DNA from: Octopus sinensis
Lineage: Eukaryota
Direction: 5' to 3'
Length of the DNA stretch: 64,000 nt
Assembly: GCF_006345805.1 (NCBI RefSeq)
Contig: NC_043000.1
Span: 76,322,001-76,386,000, forward strand
In this document: piece after piece, positions 33,990 to 47,313 of the stretch
How the letters are laid out: every line of letters starts with the position of its first letter
Position numbering within the stretch: the first letter of the stretch is position 1
Program-made: the position numbers and the translations under genes
The notes under the pieces: generated by a model
The model's input: only the letters and a program-made list of their open reading frames with translations
What the model was told of the DNA's origin: nothing
Databases searched by the model: none

Positions 33990-35870
33990 ATATATATATA
34001 TGAAAAAATAAGTCAAAATAGAAAATGCTAAAATAATTTTATAAAGAACATTTCAGTCATTTTGAGACCTTTTCAACTGTAATGATTAAATAATTAAATT
34101 TAGAAAAATTAAAAGAAATGTTTTTTTAAAAGGAATATTTGTATAGTGTTCAAATATAAGTGGCATTTTCCTTGTTTCTGCCTTGCTCTGTCTCTCTTGT
34201 TCACACTTGTGAATTCTTGGTAGGGAAGAAGAAGAAGGATGATGAGGAGAAGGGGGGGGGAAGAATTTGGGAGTGCCTTGATTGTTGTATTTTGAATGGT
34301 CAGTGGTGGCTAGCAGTTCATGAGAATGTTTCTATTGAAAGGTTTGTTTATAGAATTTGCATAGGTGTTATACTAAAAAGCATTAGTGATAAAGTTAGGA
34401 AGGGAGAAGATGAAGAAGAAGATGGTGATGATGATGATGATAATGATGTTGATGATGCTGAAGAAGAAGAGGAAGTAGATGTAGATGATGATGATGATGA
34501 TGATGATGATAATGATGATGATGAAGAGGAGGAAGAAGAGGAAAGAGGAAGGAGAATATGAATGAGTGGAAGTAGTGAGGTGTTGGGGGCTGATTTGTAA
34601 TGGATTCTTAGGAATGTAATATTTGCATGTGGCTTTGTGTTATTCTAAAGCTGAGGTGTATATTTCGTTTGTCAGACCCATTCAGAAGGGGCTTATATTT
34701 TGTAATAAAGAGAGTTTCTTTACTTATTCGTTGGTTCCAGGTTGTATCATCCCTGAATTGGTAGAGGGGGAAAATCCTGAAGTTTGGTGTTTTGTTGTTG
34801 GCTGAATGTTATTTTTCTGTTTTGGGGAATTTTTATCTGGGATCTGTGCAGGGCCATTCTTTTACGCAAACTATTTGTTTGGCCTATGTACTGCTCTTGA
34901 CACCCAGAGCAGGTTAGTGTGCATATCAGGTTCTCCGAAGCAGATGTGAAGTTGCTTTTCATTGTAAACCGTTGTCCCTGTTTGAAGGAGAACTCTGATC
35001 CCTCAATTAGATAATCGCATATCCCGCAACTGGGTCTTCCACATTTTTTTACTGTCGGCTTCTGTGTTGAAGAGTGTATTCGGGTTTGTGTTAGGAGACT
35101 TTTCATAGATTTAGGCTGTCTCTTGCTTTTTATGATCGTGTGTGTTTGGAGGATTATGTTCATTCTGTGGTCTTTTTTTAGCAGGGGTATGTTTTGGAGG
35201 ATGGTGTTGAAGGCTTCATTGTTGAGAGGGTTGTGTGTGGAGATGTATGGTAAGGGTTTTGGTCATAAATTTTTCTTTGATTTGGGATGTCTGAGTTCCT
35301 GGATGTTGAGTTGAATGCATATGTCAATAAGTGAAGGTGGGTAGTTCCTGGTAATGAGAGTATCTTTTAGTTCTTGTAGTCGTGTGTCTCTGGTGTTTGC
35401 ATTGGAAACTATAGTACATATCCTTTTCGCTAGATTAAAGGGGGATATTCATTCTGGTGTGTCTGGGGTGGCATGAATTGGAAGGAAGATATTGCTTAGA
35501 ATCTGTAGGCTTATAGTATATATCTGTTTCTATTACATTATTAGATTTCTTAATAAGGATATCGAGAAAGGGGAGTTGTTGCTGGCTATATTCCATCATG
35601 AATTGGATGTTTACGTCCAGTCCATTTAAAATTGCTTGGAATTCTTTGAGTTTCTCTATATTTTCATGCCAAAGAATGAAACAGTCATCTAGGTATCTCT
35701 TCCAGTTGTTTTCTATGTAGAAGGAGAAAGGGCTGCCATATCTTTCTAGAACCTTATGATACAGACTGATTTCTAGATATCCCATGACTAGGTTGGCAAA
35801 GGAGAGGGCCATTTGCGTTACCCATCGCAGTCCCTGATTTTTGTCGGTAGAAGTTGTCTTTGAAGGCGAA
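33990..35870 (-). mobile_element. Penelope-like element family A, 5'-truncated, inverted relative to 26862-28195
   Basis: RT motifs SFANLVMGYLE, WKRYLDDCF, LPFLDI, YKPTDS..YL..NSCHP (35435-35908) and GIY-YIG (34747-35163). The hammerhead remnant at 34051-34079 lacks the cleavage site. Confidence 0.92.
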
Positions 35871-35879
35871 GACCTGAGA

Positions 35880-36535
35880 TGAGGTAGTGAAGCATGATCT
35901 TTGAACATTGGGCCTCACTGATTCAATGACTAGTGACTGGGACCTTTGGAAATATGCTGTGCTTGAGAAGACTGGGCAAGCCCAAGTGAGACCATAACCT
36001 CATGGCCTATACCAGGGGTGTAACCAGCCCACTTATGCATACCTTTCCTTCATTGGACACTAAACTCTGCTTGCGAAGACCTGTTGAGGCAAGTGAAATC
36101 AAAATCGAAATCAAATTCGATGACTGGCATCCATGTTAGTGTAGCACAAAGAGTACCATACAAGCGTGATCATTGCCAGAGCAACAAACTGTCCTCCATG
36201 CCAGTGGTACGTAAAAAGCCCCATTTGAGTGTGTGATCATTACCTGCGTTGCCTTACTGGCACTTGTGCTGGTGGCATGTGAAAAAATATTCGAGCGAGT
36301 CCGTTGCCAGTGCCGCTGGACTGGCTCCTGTGCAAGTGGCACATAAAAAGCACCATTTGAGCGTGGCCGTTGCCCACTACACTCTCGGGGTGGTTGGCAT
36401 TAGGAAGGGCATCCAGCTGTAGAAACTCTACTGGATCAAATTGGAATCTGATGCAGCCATCTAGTTCGCCAGACCTCAGTCAAATTGTCCAACCCATGCT
36501 AGCATGGAAAGCGGAGTTTAAACAATGATGATGAT
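35880..36535 (+). mobile_element. RTE LINE 3'UTR fragment
   Basis: Matches the 3'UTR of 20680-22141 and ends in (GAT)n. Confidence 0.75.
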
Positions 36536-36578
36536 ATGTATATGCATACAAAGGAATCGGTTATTATTATTATTATTA

Positions 36579-36612
<34 letters not shown>

Positions 36613-36789
36613 GATTAGGTGTATTATATTATTCTTATTAGATAAAATATAAAAAAGAGGGAAGAGAAAATTATCAAAAGAGAAATAATAGTGGAATTTA
36701 AATAATCAATCTATCTTAAGATTATTGTAGTTATGTAGGAATGAAAAGGTATATAAATGAGGAATACATACATACATACACACACAAAC

Positions 36790-36822
<33 letters not shown>

Positions 36823-36829
36823 TATATAT

Positions 36830-38060
36830 CATCATCATCATCGTTTAGCGTCCACTTTCCATGCTGGCATGGGTTGGACGGTGCAACTGGGGTCTGGGAA
36901 GCCAGAAGGCTGCACCAGGCCCAGTCTGATCTGGCAATGTTTCTACGGCTGGATGCCCTTCCTAACGCCAACCACTCCATGAGTGTAGTGGGTGCTTTTT
37001 ATGTGCCACCTGCACAGGTGCCAGACAAGTCTGGCAAACGGCCACGGTTGGATGGTGCTTTTTACGTGCCACCGGCACGGAGGCCAGGCGAGATTGGCAA
37101 ACGGACATGATCGGATGATGCTTTTTACAGGCCAGGTGAGGCTGGCAACGGCCAAGATCGGATGGTGCTTTTTACGTGCCACCGGCACGGAAGCCGGTCA
37201 GGGCGGCACTGGCAACGGCTACATTCGGATGGTTCTCTTATGTGCCACCAGCGACAATTTCCATTCATGTTGATCAATTTTGATTTTTCATTTTTTCATT
37301 TTTTGATTTTCACTTGCCTCAACAGGTCTTCACAATTAGGGTTTTGTGTCCCAAGAAGGAAAGGTATGCATAAGTGGACTGAGGCCATGGGTGATGGTCT
37401 CACTTGTCCAGCCGGGTCTTCTCACGCACAGCATACTTCCAAAGGTCTCGGTCTCTAGTCATTTCCTTGGTGAGACCTAAAGTTCGAAGGTCGTGCTTCA
37501 CCACCTCATCCCAGGTTTTCCTGGGTCTGCCTCTTCCACAGATTCCCTCAACAGCTAGGGTGTGGCACTTTTTCACACAACTATCTTCATCCATTCTCAC
37601 CACATGGCCATACCAGTGCAAACGTCTCTCTTGCTCACCACAACTGATGCTTCTTAGGTCCAACTTCTCTCTCAAGGTACTTACACTCTATCGAGTATAA
37701 ACACTGACATTACACATCCATCGGAGCATACTGGCTTCATTTCTTGCGAGCTTACGCATATCCTCAGCAGTCACAGCCCATGTTTCACTGCCATGTAGCA
37801 TGGCTGTTCATACACGAGCATCATACAGTCTACCTTTTACTCTGAGCGAGAGGCCTTTTGTCCCTAGCAGAGGTAAGAGCTCTCTGAACTTTGCCCAAGC
37901 TATTCTTACTCTAGCAGTTACACTTTCAACACACCCGCCCCCGCTACTGACTTGGTCACCTAGGTAGCAGAAGCTATCAACAATTTCTAGTTTTTCTCCC
38001 TGGAAAGTGACGGAAGTTGGTCTCAGAGCATTTTCAGTGTTTATTGCTCCTGAGCATCTG
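36830..38060 (-). mobile_element. RTE LINE 3' fragment
   Basis: GEKLEIVDSFCYLGD...KGRLYDA and WYGHVVRM...GRGRPRKTW; (CAT)n at 36828-36843. Confidence 0.88.
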
Positions 38061-38098
<38 letters not shown>

Positions 38099-38689
38099 AC
38101 ATATATATATATACATATACACACACGCGCACACACATATGTATTTATGTACAAACATACCCATAGGTACATACATGTTTCATGTGTTGAGAAGGGAGGA
38201 TTACAGTAGTAGTTCGTATTTTTCTACTTATATAATTATAATAATTATACACAAACACACACATATATATATACATATAAATATGTGATATGTTTTCTAT
38301 TGAGGGCTTGAGATAAAAGTCCACAACAAGTGGGTTAGAGTTTATATTAATTGCTGTGATATTAGTCGGTACTAAAAATAATAAATTTCCAGGTATTAAT
38401 CAAGATACTTTATTATATTAATCAAGATGCTGAAATCCTGCGGGAAGTGGGTTGGGGGTTATGGTCAGTCCCGTAATCTAATTGGTCATCTATTGTTTTG
38501 AAAGGCCATGACTTTGTTATGGTTGGTTAATGGATAACCAATAACATAAACAATAAAGTAGGCAAAATATATAAATGTATACAAATAAAAAAAACATAAT
38601 CTAAGGTTAACTATTAGTAGGTAGGATAGTAAAAGTCAATAAAGAAATTAATATAGGGACTTGACTCTGTTATATTAAGTTAGGTTATG

Positions 38690-38980
38690 TTAAATGTGCC
38701 GGTGGCACATAAAAAGCACCATCCGAACGTGGCCGATGCTAGCGCCGCCTTGGCTGGCTTCTGTGCCAGTGGCATGTTAAAAGCACCAACCGATCGTGGC
38801 CGATGACAGACTCCCCTGGCACCTGTGCCGGTGGTACGTAAAAAGCACCCACTACACTCGCGGAGTGGTTGGCATTATGAAGGGCATCCAGCTGTAGAAA
38901 CACTGCCAGATCAGACTGGAGCCTGGTCGAACCGTCCAACCCGTGCTAGCGCGGAAAACTGACTTTAAACGATAATGATG
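38690..38980 (+). mobile_element. RTE LINE 3'UTR fragment
   Basis: Same 3'UTR sequence as the other RTE copies. Confidence 0.75.
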
Positions 38981-39051
38981 AATATATAAGTAAAATGTGG
39001 ATGAATTTATATATATATATATATGTATATATGTATATATATATATATATA

Positions 39052-39440
39052 TCTCTTCTCTCTATATATAAACGGCAGTTTGTCTGTGCATGTTTCTGTG
39101 TGTCTGTTTGCTTGTACCCTCACTCTGACCACGGCTTTCAACCGATTCTGATGAAACTTGACACACACATAGCCCAATGTCATAATTCAAAACTAACGCA
39201 GCGAAAATTTTGAAAAGTTCCCCCAGTTCTGAAAAAAATCGATAAATTCGACATGGGGTCGAGAATAAAAAAAACAAACCACAGACTGTCTAGGGGACGC
39301 AACTCAACCTTTTTTTACTCTCAAAAAAAAATTTACCATAATTTTTTTTCCATTTTTTTGCTATTTTTTGGCTATAACTCTAAAAATGCTTTATAGTTAT
39401 TTCCCTTACAAACCTGAGCAACGCCGGGCGATACTGCTAG
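39052..39440 (+). mobile_element. Non-autonomous Helitron
   Basis: 5' TC..CTATATATAAA and 3' CCTGAGCAACGCCGGGCGATACTGCTAG, the same end as 2436-2818. Confidence 0.75.
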
Positions 39441-40059
39441 TATATATATATATATATATTAATATTTTAGGTTAAAGTGATATTACTAAGGGGATGTGGT
39501 TTTAATAGACTGCATATAAAAGATAAGTTATTAAAAAATTTATTAAAAAAAAACAGTATACAATAACACATGTATCTGTCTAATTAGGGGAATCATTTGT
39601 ATATTTACTAAACCACTTGGGTAATATAGGGTTAAAATTAGATGTTGAAAGTTATTCGGGCCAAATTCAAATAAGGGACAAAAGACCAAAAGTGATCATA
39701 CAAGTTGTTTCACTAAGTTGTTATTTATCACTAAAATTATGTTTAAAATATATTCTCTGACAAAATACATTAATTGCATTGCTCCATGCAGCAGTGTTTA
39801 GTTACTAAATTAATGAACCAACTCAATATATATTCTCTTTTTTATATACCTACATATTTCTAAATTGTTGTTTTTTATTGCTAAAATTAAGTTTAAAATC
39901 TATTTTATCTGACAAAATGCCTCAAATGCAAGACTCTATGTAATAGTGTTGAGTCATTCAGTCCTTTAAAATATTTATCCGTCTATTTACTCAATTGATT
40001 ACTTTTAATATTATATTTAAGATGTGTGTGATGGGGGGGGGGGGGTTATTAAGTTATAA

Positions 40060-40760
40060 ATAGAATGAAGGCACAGTCAGTGCGAGACCTGGGCATTTAC
40101 ATGAGTAATGATGCATCCTTTCATGTGCATGTTGCTAAATTGGCAATGAAATGCAGGTGGCTGACCAAATGGATTCTTAGAACTTTTAGAACAAGAGACC
40201 AGGAAACCATGACGGTCCTCTGGAGGACACTTGTCCTAAGCCGCTTTAACTATTGCTCTCAGCTATCGTCACCAACCAGTGTCAAATTAATCTCAGAACT
40301 TGAGGCAATCCAATGAAGCTACACGGAGAAGATAGCCTCTATGCAGCATATAAGCTATTAGGAAAGTCTCAAGAGATTAAGACTCTATTCCTTAGAGCAT
40401 AGGCGAGAAAGATATGCCATAATATACATCTGGAAGATCCTGGAAGGACTTGTCCCAAACTTTGGCATTGAGAGTTACACAAATACTAGAACTGGGCACC
40501 ACTGCATAATGCCAAGAACTCCAAATTTGCCATCCAGATGTAGGACAAGATACTGCAATAGCCTGGGCTTCAGAAGTTCACAGCTCTTCAATATCCTTCC
40601 AAAGGACCTGAAAGACCTGCATGGGGTGGATATAGGTATCTTCAAAATAAAGCTGAACCTCTTCCTGTCAAGTGTCCCAGATGAACCAACCTCATGGCAG
40701 GAGGTGCAGATGAGGGCAGCTGCATCAAACTCTCATGCACCAAATGTCAATTGCTAAAAA
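40060..40760 (+). mobile_element. CR1/Jockey-type LINE 3' fragment
   Basis: VRDLGIYMS...WILRTFRTRD...LVLSRFNYCSQL...LEAIQ, plus LKRLRLYSL..RRERY. A related stub lies at 58960-59290. Confidence 0.75.
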
Positions 40761-41074
40761 GCATTCGTGAAGTAAAATTATGTAGTAACACTAAATGGCA
40801 GTACACCTGCATGGCCACAGCTTGTGAACTGAAACTAGATAAAATAAGAAAAATATATATATATATGCATACATATCACGGTGACCGACCAGGCTATCAG
40901 ATGTTGCTACACATTGCTGGTCACAATGCGCTTCGCATTGTTTTAGCCTCCAAATGATGCCACCCCGCTGGCTAAGCGAGCAGGGGTTATATGTATACAT
41001 ACATATATGTATACATATTACACACATATTGACTTAAAGAACTGATTGTTCTCTTTATTTTCATTTTGTTTCAG

Positions 41075-41246
41075 GCAATGTCCTCCTTCCAGTGCTGTGG
41101 ATGTCTCCAGTATTTTCTGATGACAATATTAACAAATTTCCTGTTGTCATATTCTCCCATGGCCTTGGAGGTATGCGTACAACCTACTCCACTATTTGCA
41201 TTGATCTCGCATCCCATGGATTCATTGTTGTGGCAGTGGAGCACAG
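41075..41246 (+). CDS. PAFAH2/PLA2G7-like: PAF acetylhydrolase coding exon 3
   Basis: Acceptor ttttgtttcAG and donor AG|GTAAT. Reads [57 protein letters not shown], the diagnostic [10 protein letters not shown]...[14 protein letters not shown] segment. 172 nt. Confidence 0.95.
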
Positions 41247-42001
41247 GTAATATTGCCAGTTTAATCAGATTTACTGAGGTGTTGGTACCATTTCAGTTTG
41301 GATCTCATATTCCATGGATTAACTGATGTATTGGTAATGCTTCAATTTGGATCTCATCTTCCATGGATTCATTGTAATTCTTAATGTTGCTCTGTAATCC
41401 TGAACATTGCTGCTCATGTGGACTTATGGCACTATTGAGATCTCTGGTTAAATGTTTACCAGGAGGCAATCAATATCTTCATTGGATATTTGCAGCTGAG
41501 TAAACTCTTCTAAATATACCAAAGCTCAAACAAAGTGGTTGGACCTGTAATCACTGGTATACACTAGTTGAGCATACTTTCTGTAGTTCCTGGTTTATAC
41601 TAGGTGTGTATGCAGTGTGTAGCCACCAATATTAGTTGTTGTATATATTGTGAGTAGCTATTGTTGTTTAACTCTAAGACTTTTCCCACCAGACCTAAGA
41701 TCAGTCATTCCAACCATGACTTTCTCATTTATTTATAAGTATCTAGGGTTGTTTCCTTATTTAAGATGCTAATGTGCCGTTTCTTTATTTAAGATGCTAG
41801 TTTGTGGTTTGAAGAGAATTTGGCTGCTATATCATGCAGGGTTAACAATCATTTGGAGTTCTCATTATCTGCAAATGTATATATTAAGCACATCACATCT
41901 CTTTTACTCTTTACTCTTTTACTTGTTTCAGTCATTTGACTGCGGCCATGCTGGAGCACCGCCTTTACAACTGCATATATTTTTTTTTCAATATCTCACA
42001 G

Positions 42002-42164
42002 AGATGGCTCAGCCTCTGCAACCTATTACCTAAATGAATGCAGTCTGTTTGATGAAGAAGGTAGTAACGTTGATAAATCTGACAGTATTGGTTGTGTTCT
42101 CGAAGAAGAATGGAAGATGTATGAACAACACAACAGAGATGATTTTGTTTTGAGAAATAAACAG
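42002..42164 (+). CDS. PAFAH2/PLA2G7-like: PAF acetylhydrolase coding exon 4
   Basis: Acceptor tctcacAG and donor CAG|GTAAG. Reads (R)DGSASATYYLNECSLFDEEG...EEEWKMYEQHNRDDFVLRNKQ, matching family DxSASATYY...RNxQ. 163 nt. Confidence 0.95.
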
Positions 42165-42824
42165 GTAAGCTTTCAGATCTAAACCATTAAACAGTATTAA
42201 CAACAGGACCAATAATGTATTTAATATAGTAATGGGGACAGTAAAGTATTTAAACAATATAATTTTAAGGCTGGTAAGGTAGTTATTCCACACCAGTAAT
42301 AAGTTCCATAGTAAAATATTTGTCCATATAATGCCATTGCCACAAATTTTCCTTTACTTCTAAAGACACCATTTAAATGAACAATCAAGTTTCTCCTTTG
42401 TAGACAAGCTAAACAGCATTAATCAAGTAACTTTTATGTTGAGTCATATAATATTGTAAGTATGTAAGTGTATAAAAACATGATATCCTACAATAATATC
42501 AATGTTATACAAGACTGTTATACAAAGGTTTAGTTCATACTCAGGCTGTCCTAGTAGGAAAAAATATAGATAATTCATATTTGTCCATAGCTTAAATGCC
42601 TAAGTAATCCAGATTAGTGGTGGTTAATACAATTATAATTACATGGACTAATTTAACTAATCTTTAAATATATAAATGTTTTCCATATTTACATCTACAC
42701 TACATTTTAATTGCATTTGATGATTAATTACCATAAGATGTTTCATTGAAGGATGTTTACTGACAAATTAGAAACCTTTATTTCTAAGTAATGAGTAATA
42801 ATAATGTTTTCCTCTGATGCAGTA

Positions 42825-44870
42825 CAGATCATCATCATCATCACCATCATCATTTAACTTCCGTTTTCTATGCTAGTATGGGTTTGACGGTTTGACTGGG
42901 GACTGGCAAGCCAGTAGGCTGTGCCAAGCTCCAATCTGAACAGGCAAGGTTTCTACAGCTGGATGCCCTTCCTAACGCCAACCACTCTGAGAGTGTAGTG
43001 GATGTTTTTTATGTCCCACCGGCACAGAAGCCAGTCAAGCAGCACTGACATCAATCACGTTTGAATGGTACTTTTTACGTGCCACCAGCATGGGGAGCCA
43101 GTCAGACAGCACTGACATCAATCACGTTTGGATGGTACTTTTTATGTGCCACCAGCAGGGGAGCCAGTCAGGTAGCACTGGCATCAATCACATTCAGATG
43201 GTGCTTTTTACATGCCACCGGCACAGGGAGCTAGTCGAGCCAGTCAGGCAGCTCTGGCATTGACCCACACTTGAATGGTGCTTATTATGTGCCACCATCA
43301 GGGCCACAACTACAATTTCCATTTTGATTTTACTTGCTCCAATAGGTCTTCTCAAGCACAGTGTATCGCCCAATGATTCAAGGGTACTTTTAAATGGGCT
43401 GGTTATCTGACACATATAGACTATGGCTGTGATCTCACTTTACTTGCTGGGTCTTCTCAATTACAGCATATCACCAAAGGTCTTGGTCTCTTGTCATTGC
43501 CTAACATTCAAAGGTCATGCTTCACCACCTCATCCCATGTCTTCCTGGTTCTCCCTCTTCCACGGGTTCCTTCCACTGTTAGGGTGTGACACTTCCTCAC
43601 ACTGCTCTCCTCATCCATACACAGCACATGACCATGCCAGTGTAGTCATCTCTCTTGCACCTCACATGTGATGCTTCTTATGTCCAACATTTCTCTCAGG
43701 GCGCTTACACTCTATCGTGTGTATACGCTGACATTACACATCCAGCGGATTATACTACCTTCATTTCTTTCAAACTTATGTATGTCCTCAACAGTCATGG
43801 CCCATGTTTCACTGTTGTGTAGCATGGCAGTTTGCACACATGCATCATACAGGCTACCTTTTACTCTGAGCAAGAGGCCCTTTGTTAACAGCAGAGGTAT
43901 GAGATTTCTGAACATTGCCCAGGCTATTCTTATTCTAGTGGCAATGCTCTCAGCGCATCCACCCCCACTAAAGACTTGGTCACCTAGGTAGCAGAAGCTA
44001 TAAACTAGTTTCTTCCGCAGGCATGTGATGGAATCTGTTTTCTAAACATCTTCAGTGTTTATTGCCCTTGTGCATCTGCCGCACACAAAAACTATCATCC
44101 CGGTTAACCTTCCTTTGATATTGCTACACCTCTTATGTATTCATAGCTTACACTGGGTACATCTTATGGAGTTTCTACCTACACCTCTTCTTCAGATTGA
44201 GCAGGGCCATTTACCTGAAGGGTTTTGTGATTTGCCCATCTTCCTACTTACTAGGACTTTGGTTTTTACTAGATTGACTCTGAGGCCCTTTTATTCTAGA
44301 ACTTGCTTCCACACCTGAAATTTTTTCTCTAATTCTGTGAGTGATTCAGCTATGAGAGCAAGATCATCAGCATAGAGGAGCTTCCAGTGGCAGCCTGTCT
44401 TGAATTCCTCTGTTATTGCCTGGAGGACAATGATGAAGAAGAGGGGGCTGAGGACTGATCCTTGGTGAACCCCTACTTTTACTTGGAATTCTTCACTATA
44501 CTCATTGCTGACCTTCACCTTACTGATCGCATCCCTGTATAGGGTCTGTACAGCTCTGACTAACCACTCGTCTATCCCTAGTTTCCACATTGCCTACCAG
44601 ATAAGGGATCGGGGGGACCCTGTGAAAGGCTTTCTCCAAGTCAACAAAAGCCAAGTACAGAGGATTATCTTTGGCTAGGTATTTCTCCTGCAGTTGCCTT
44701 ACCAGAAATATAGCATCAGAGATGCTTCTATCTGGCACAAAACCAAACTGCATCTCTTCTAGGCTAACTCTCTCCCTAATTAGTTGGGCTATAACCCTTT
44801 CTGTGGTCTTCATCACTTTATCCAGCAATTTGATACCCCTGTAGTTATTTCTGTCTAAAGCATCACCATC
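42825..44870 (-). mobile_element. RTE LINE 3' half (decayed)
   Basis: QFGFVPDRS..DAIF...LAFVDLEKAF, VGVHQGSVLSP, LLYADDLAL, the PHD-like insert, the 3'UTR and a (CAT)n tail. Confidence 0.88.
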
Positions 44871-45479
44871 CTTAGTTTATATCCAGTCTTGCAATATGTA
44901 TATATCTGGAATTAAGACACTTTATAACAACAGCGATCAAACCAATTAAAACATAATGTTGATGTAAATATGAAAAACATTTGAAGTTAATAATTAATAG
45001 AAAAAAATTACAACTTTATTAGCTGTAGAAATTTTTGTGATGGTGTCGTGATGGTGTAATCTTCAGTCAGCTTTGCTTTCCATCTTTACATGGTCAAGAA
45101 GTAAAGGACCATAGTCCAGACTGGTGGTTTAGCTGATTTGTTAAAGCAACAGATGAGCGATGATGGCAGATATGAGGGTGTTAAGGGAAAAAGAATGTTT
45201 GGTGGAAAATAAAGTGGCAGGGGATGGTATTGAGCATGCAGGATGGTTAATAAAGGAAGTGGTTCCAAGGAGAGGGATAACTGGTAGCACAAAAGGAAGG
45301 TAATTCAAATATGTTCAGTTCTGTTCTTATATAATTACAGTGGTTGAGAAAATGATGCTGGTTTTAGAAGAGTGAGGGAGAGATCAGTGTTAGGAAGAGG
45401 AGTTGTGGAGAAAACTTGACAGGGAATAGATTGGGTGCAGGGGCAGAGCCATTAACGATAAACTTTTCAGATCTCATTT

Positions 45480-46130
45480 TTTGTTGAGACATTTGGGTCT
45501 TCTTGGGAACAATGAATTGCCAGTCATCTCAGTCCTTTGTCATTCCCCCTGAGGTCAGTCTTCACAACTATGTCTCAAGTCTTCTTGGTCTCCTTCCACA
45601 GGCTCCATCTACATTTAACAATCAGCATTTCTCTATACAGCTGTTCTCATCCATACTCTTCTCATGACCATATCTGGTCAGTCTTCCCTTTTGTATGCTA
45701 TATCTGATTCCTCTTACACAATTTTTCTGAAAGGGTTATAGTTGAGCTATAACCTTTCCAGTAACTTTCGTGACCTGGCCCAGAATTTTGATATCTCTAT
45801 AATTACTTCTCTCTAAGGGACCTCCTTCACCTTGTAACAGTTGATTATAATGTTGCTACTCCAGTCATTTAGATATGATATCCTCCTGTATAACCTACTT
45901 AATTATACAGGTGACTAGACCATATCCCACTCCGCCAGATATTTTAAGCATCTCAATGGTAATTCTTGATGGACCAGAGGTCTTCTGTCTTCATATTCTC
46001 AATTGCTTTATCTCTCTTACTGCTATCAACTAGAATGGCCTTTCCTGAAACCAAATTAGTTGGCTTACTCGAACCCCATCAATTGCAACAACAGATTTTG
46101 GGCTTAACTTTACTTGAAACACTTGGGTGA
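45480..46130 (-). mobile_element. Highly decayed RTE fragments
   Basis: Patchy similarity to RTE 3' and RT segments elsewhere in the window. Confidence 0.4.
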
Positions 46131-46260
46131 TGAAACATAAGAAAATCATTCACACAATGCCTGTGAACTTACAGCCAGTATTGTCTGTAGTTCAGCAACC
46201 GTTCCCTTGTAATTTCATGGTTAATATATTAATACCATTTCCCTTTTGATTTAATTTCAG

Positions 46261-46374
46261 GTTAAAATCAGACAACAAGAATGTATCCAAGCACTAGAGC
46301 TCCTTCACAAACTCAATAATGGGGAAACAATTTCTAACCTTCTAGACACTAATATGAGTTCTGACCATTTCAAA
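46261..46374 (+). CDS. PAFAH2/PLA2G7-like: PAF acetylhydrolase coding exon 5
   Basis: Acceptor tttaatttcAG and donor AAA|GTAAT. Reads VKIRQQECIQALELLHKLNNGETISNLLDTNMSSDHFK (38 aa), aligning with vertebrate VRQRAKECSQAL...NALDL. 114 nt, phase 0/0. Confidence 0.92.
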
Positions 46375-46494
46375 GTAATGCTACTTCATTTTTATTTATT
46401 CAATTGAATTAGATTTTTAATTGCTGCAGCAAATGTCATTGTACATCACTGCATCATTTGTAAATTTTATTTTTAACTGTAAAACATTGGATAA

Positions 46495-46915
46495 TGCTGG
46501 CAGAAACATTAGCATGCTAGACAAAATGCATAGTGACCTTTCTTTTGACTTTACATTCTAAGTTCAGATTCCACCAAAGTCTACTCTGCCTTCCATCCTT
46601 TCAGGGTTGATAAAATAAATACCAGTTGAGCACTGAGGTTAATGTAGTCAATTAACCCCACCCAACCCCCAGAGTTTCAAGCCTTGTGCCTATAGTAGAA
46701 AAAGTTATTTCTAATTGAGGTGCAAAGCCAGCAACTTTGAGAGTAGGAGGGTAGAGTGGGGGTATTGTGCACGACAATAAAGTACATGACTGGTACTTTA
46801 TTTTATTGGCCTTCAATGAATGAAAGGCAAAGTTGACCTTGGTGGGATTTGAGCTTCAAATATAAGGAATTGGAATAAACGGTGCAAGGCATTTTGTTGA
46901 ACATTCTAACAACTC
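46495..46915. mobile_element. Two decayed SINE copies (family of 5501-6103) in opposite orientation
   Basis: + copy at 46495-46705 and - copy at 46720-46915. Confidence 0.65.
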
Positions 46916-47313
46916 TTACAATCCATCAGTAGTCTTTGTTGTTACAATCTACATTTAATTTTTGTTTCTTATTCTTTTTCAATTGTGGTAAGAGTCTAGA
47001 GCCTTGGTTCCCAAACTAGGGTCCATAAAGTGATTTTAAGGGGTCCACGAAGGGGCTGCCAATTTTCAAATTTTTAATGTTCAAAACCTTAGGTTTTCCG
47101 GTTTTAGTTAAAACTGGAACCATTGAACATGCATGCACTACATAGAAACCCTAGTTTACGTGTTAAAAAACCTTACAGATAAAATGCATGAGGTGACACA
47201 TCATGATACATGCAGGGTGTACACATACTTGAATGCAGGCATCTCTCTGCAGCTTTATCGAATAGTGCGGGGATATGAGTACAACAAGTCTAAACAGGAT
47301 GGAAAATTGGTGG

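Noticed and set aside
38290-38690. Segment that superficially resembled mtDNA
   Set aside because: The frames I translated with the invertebrate mitochondrial code were interrupted and showed no known motif. Left unassigned.
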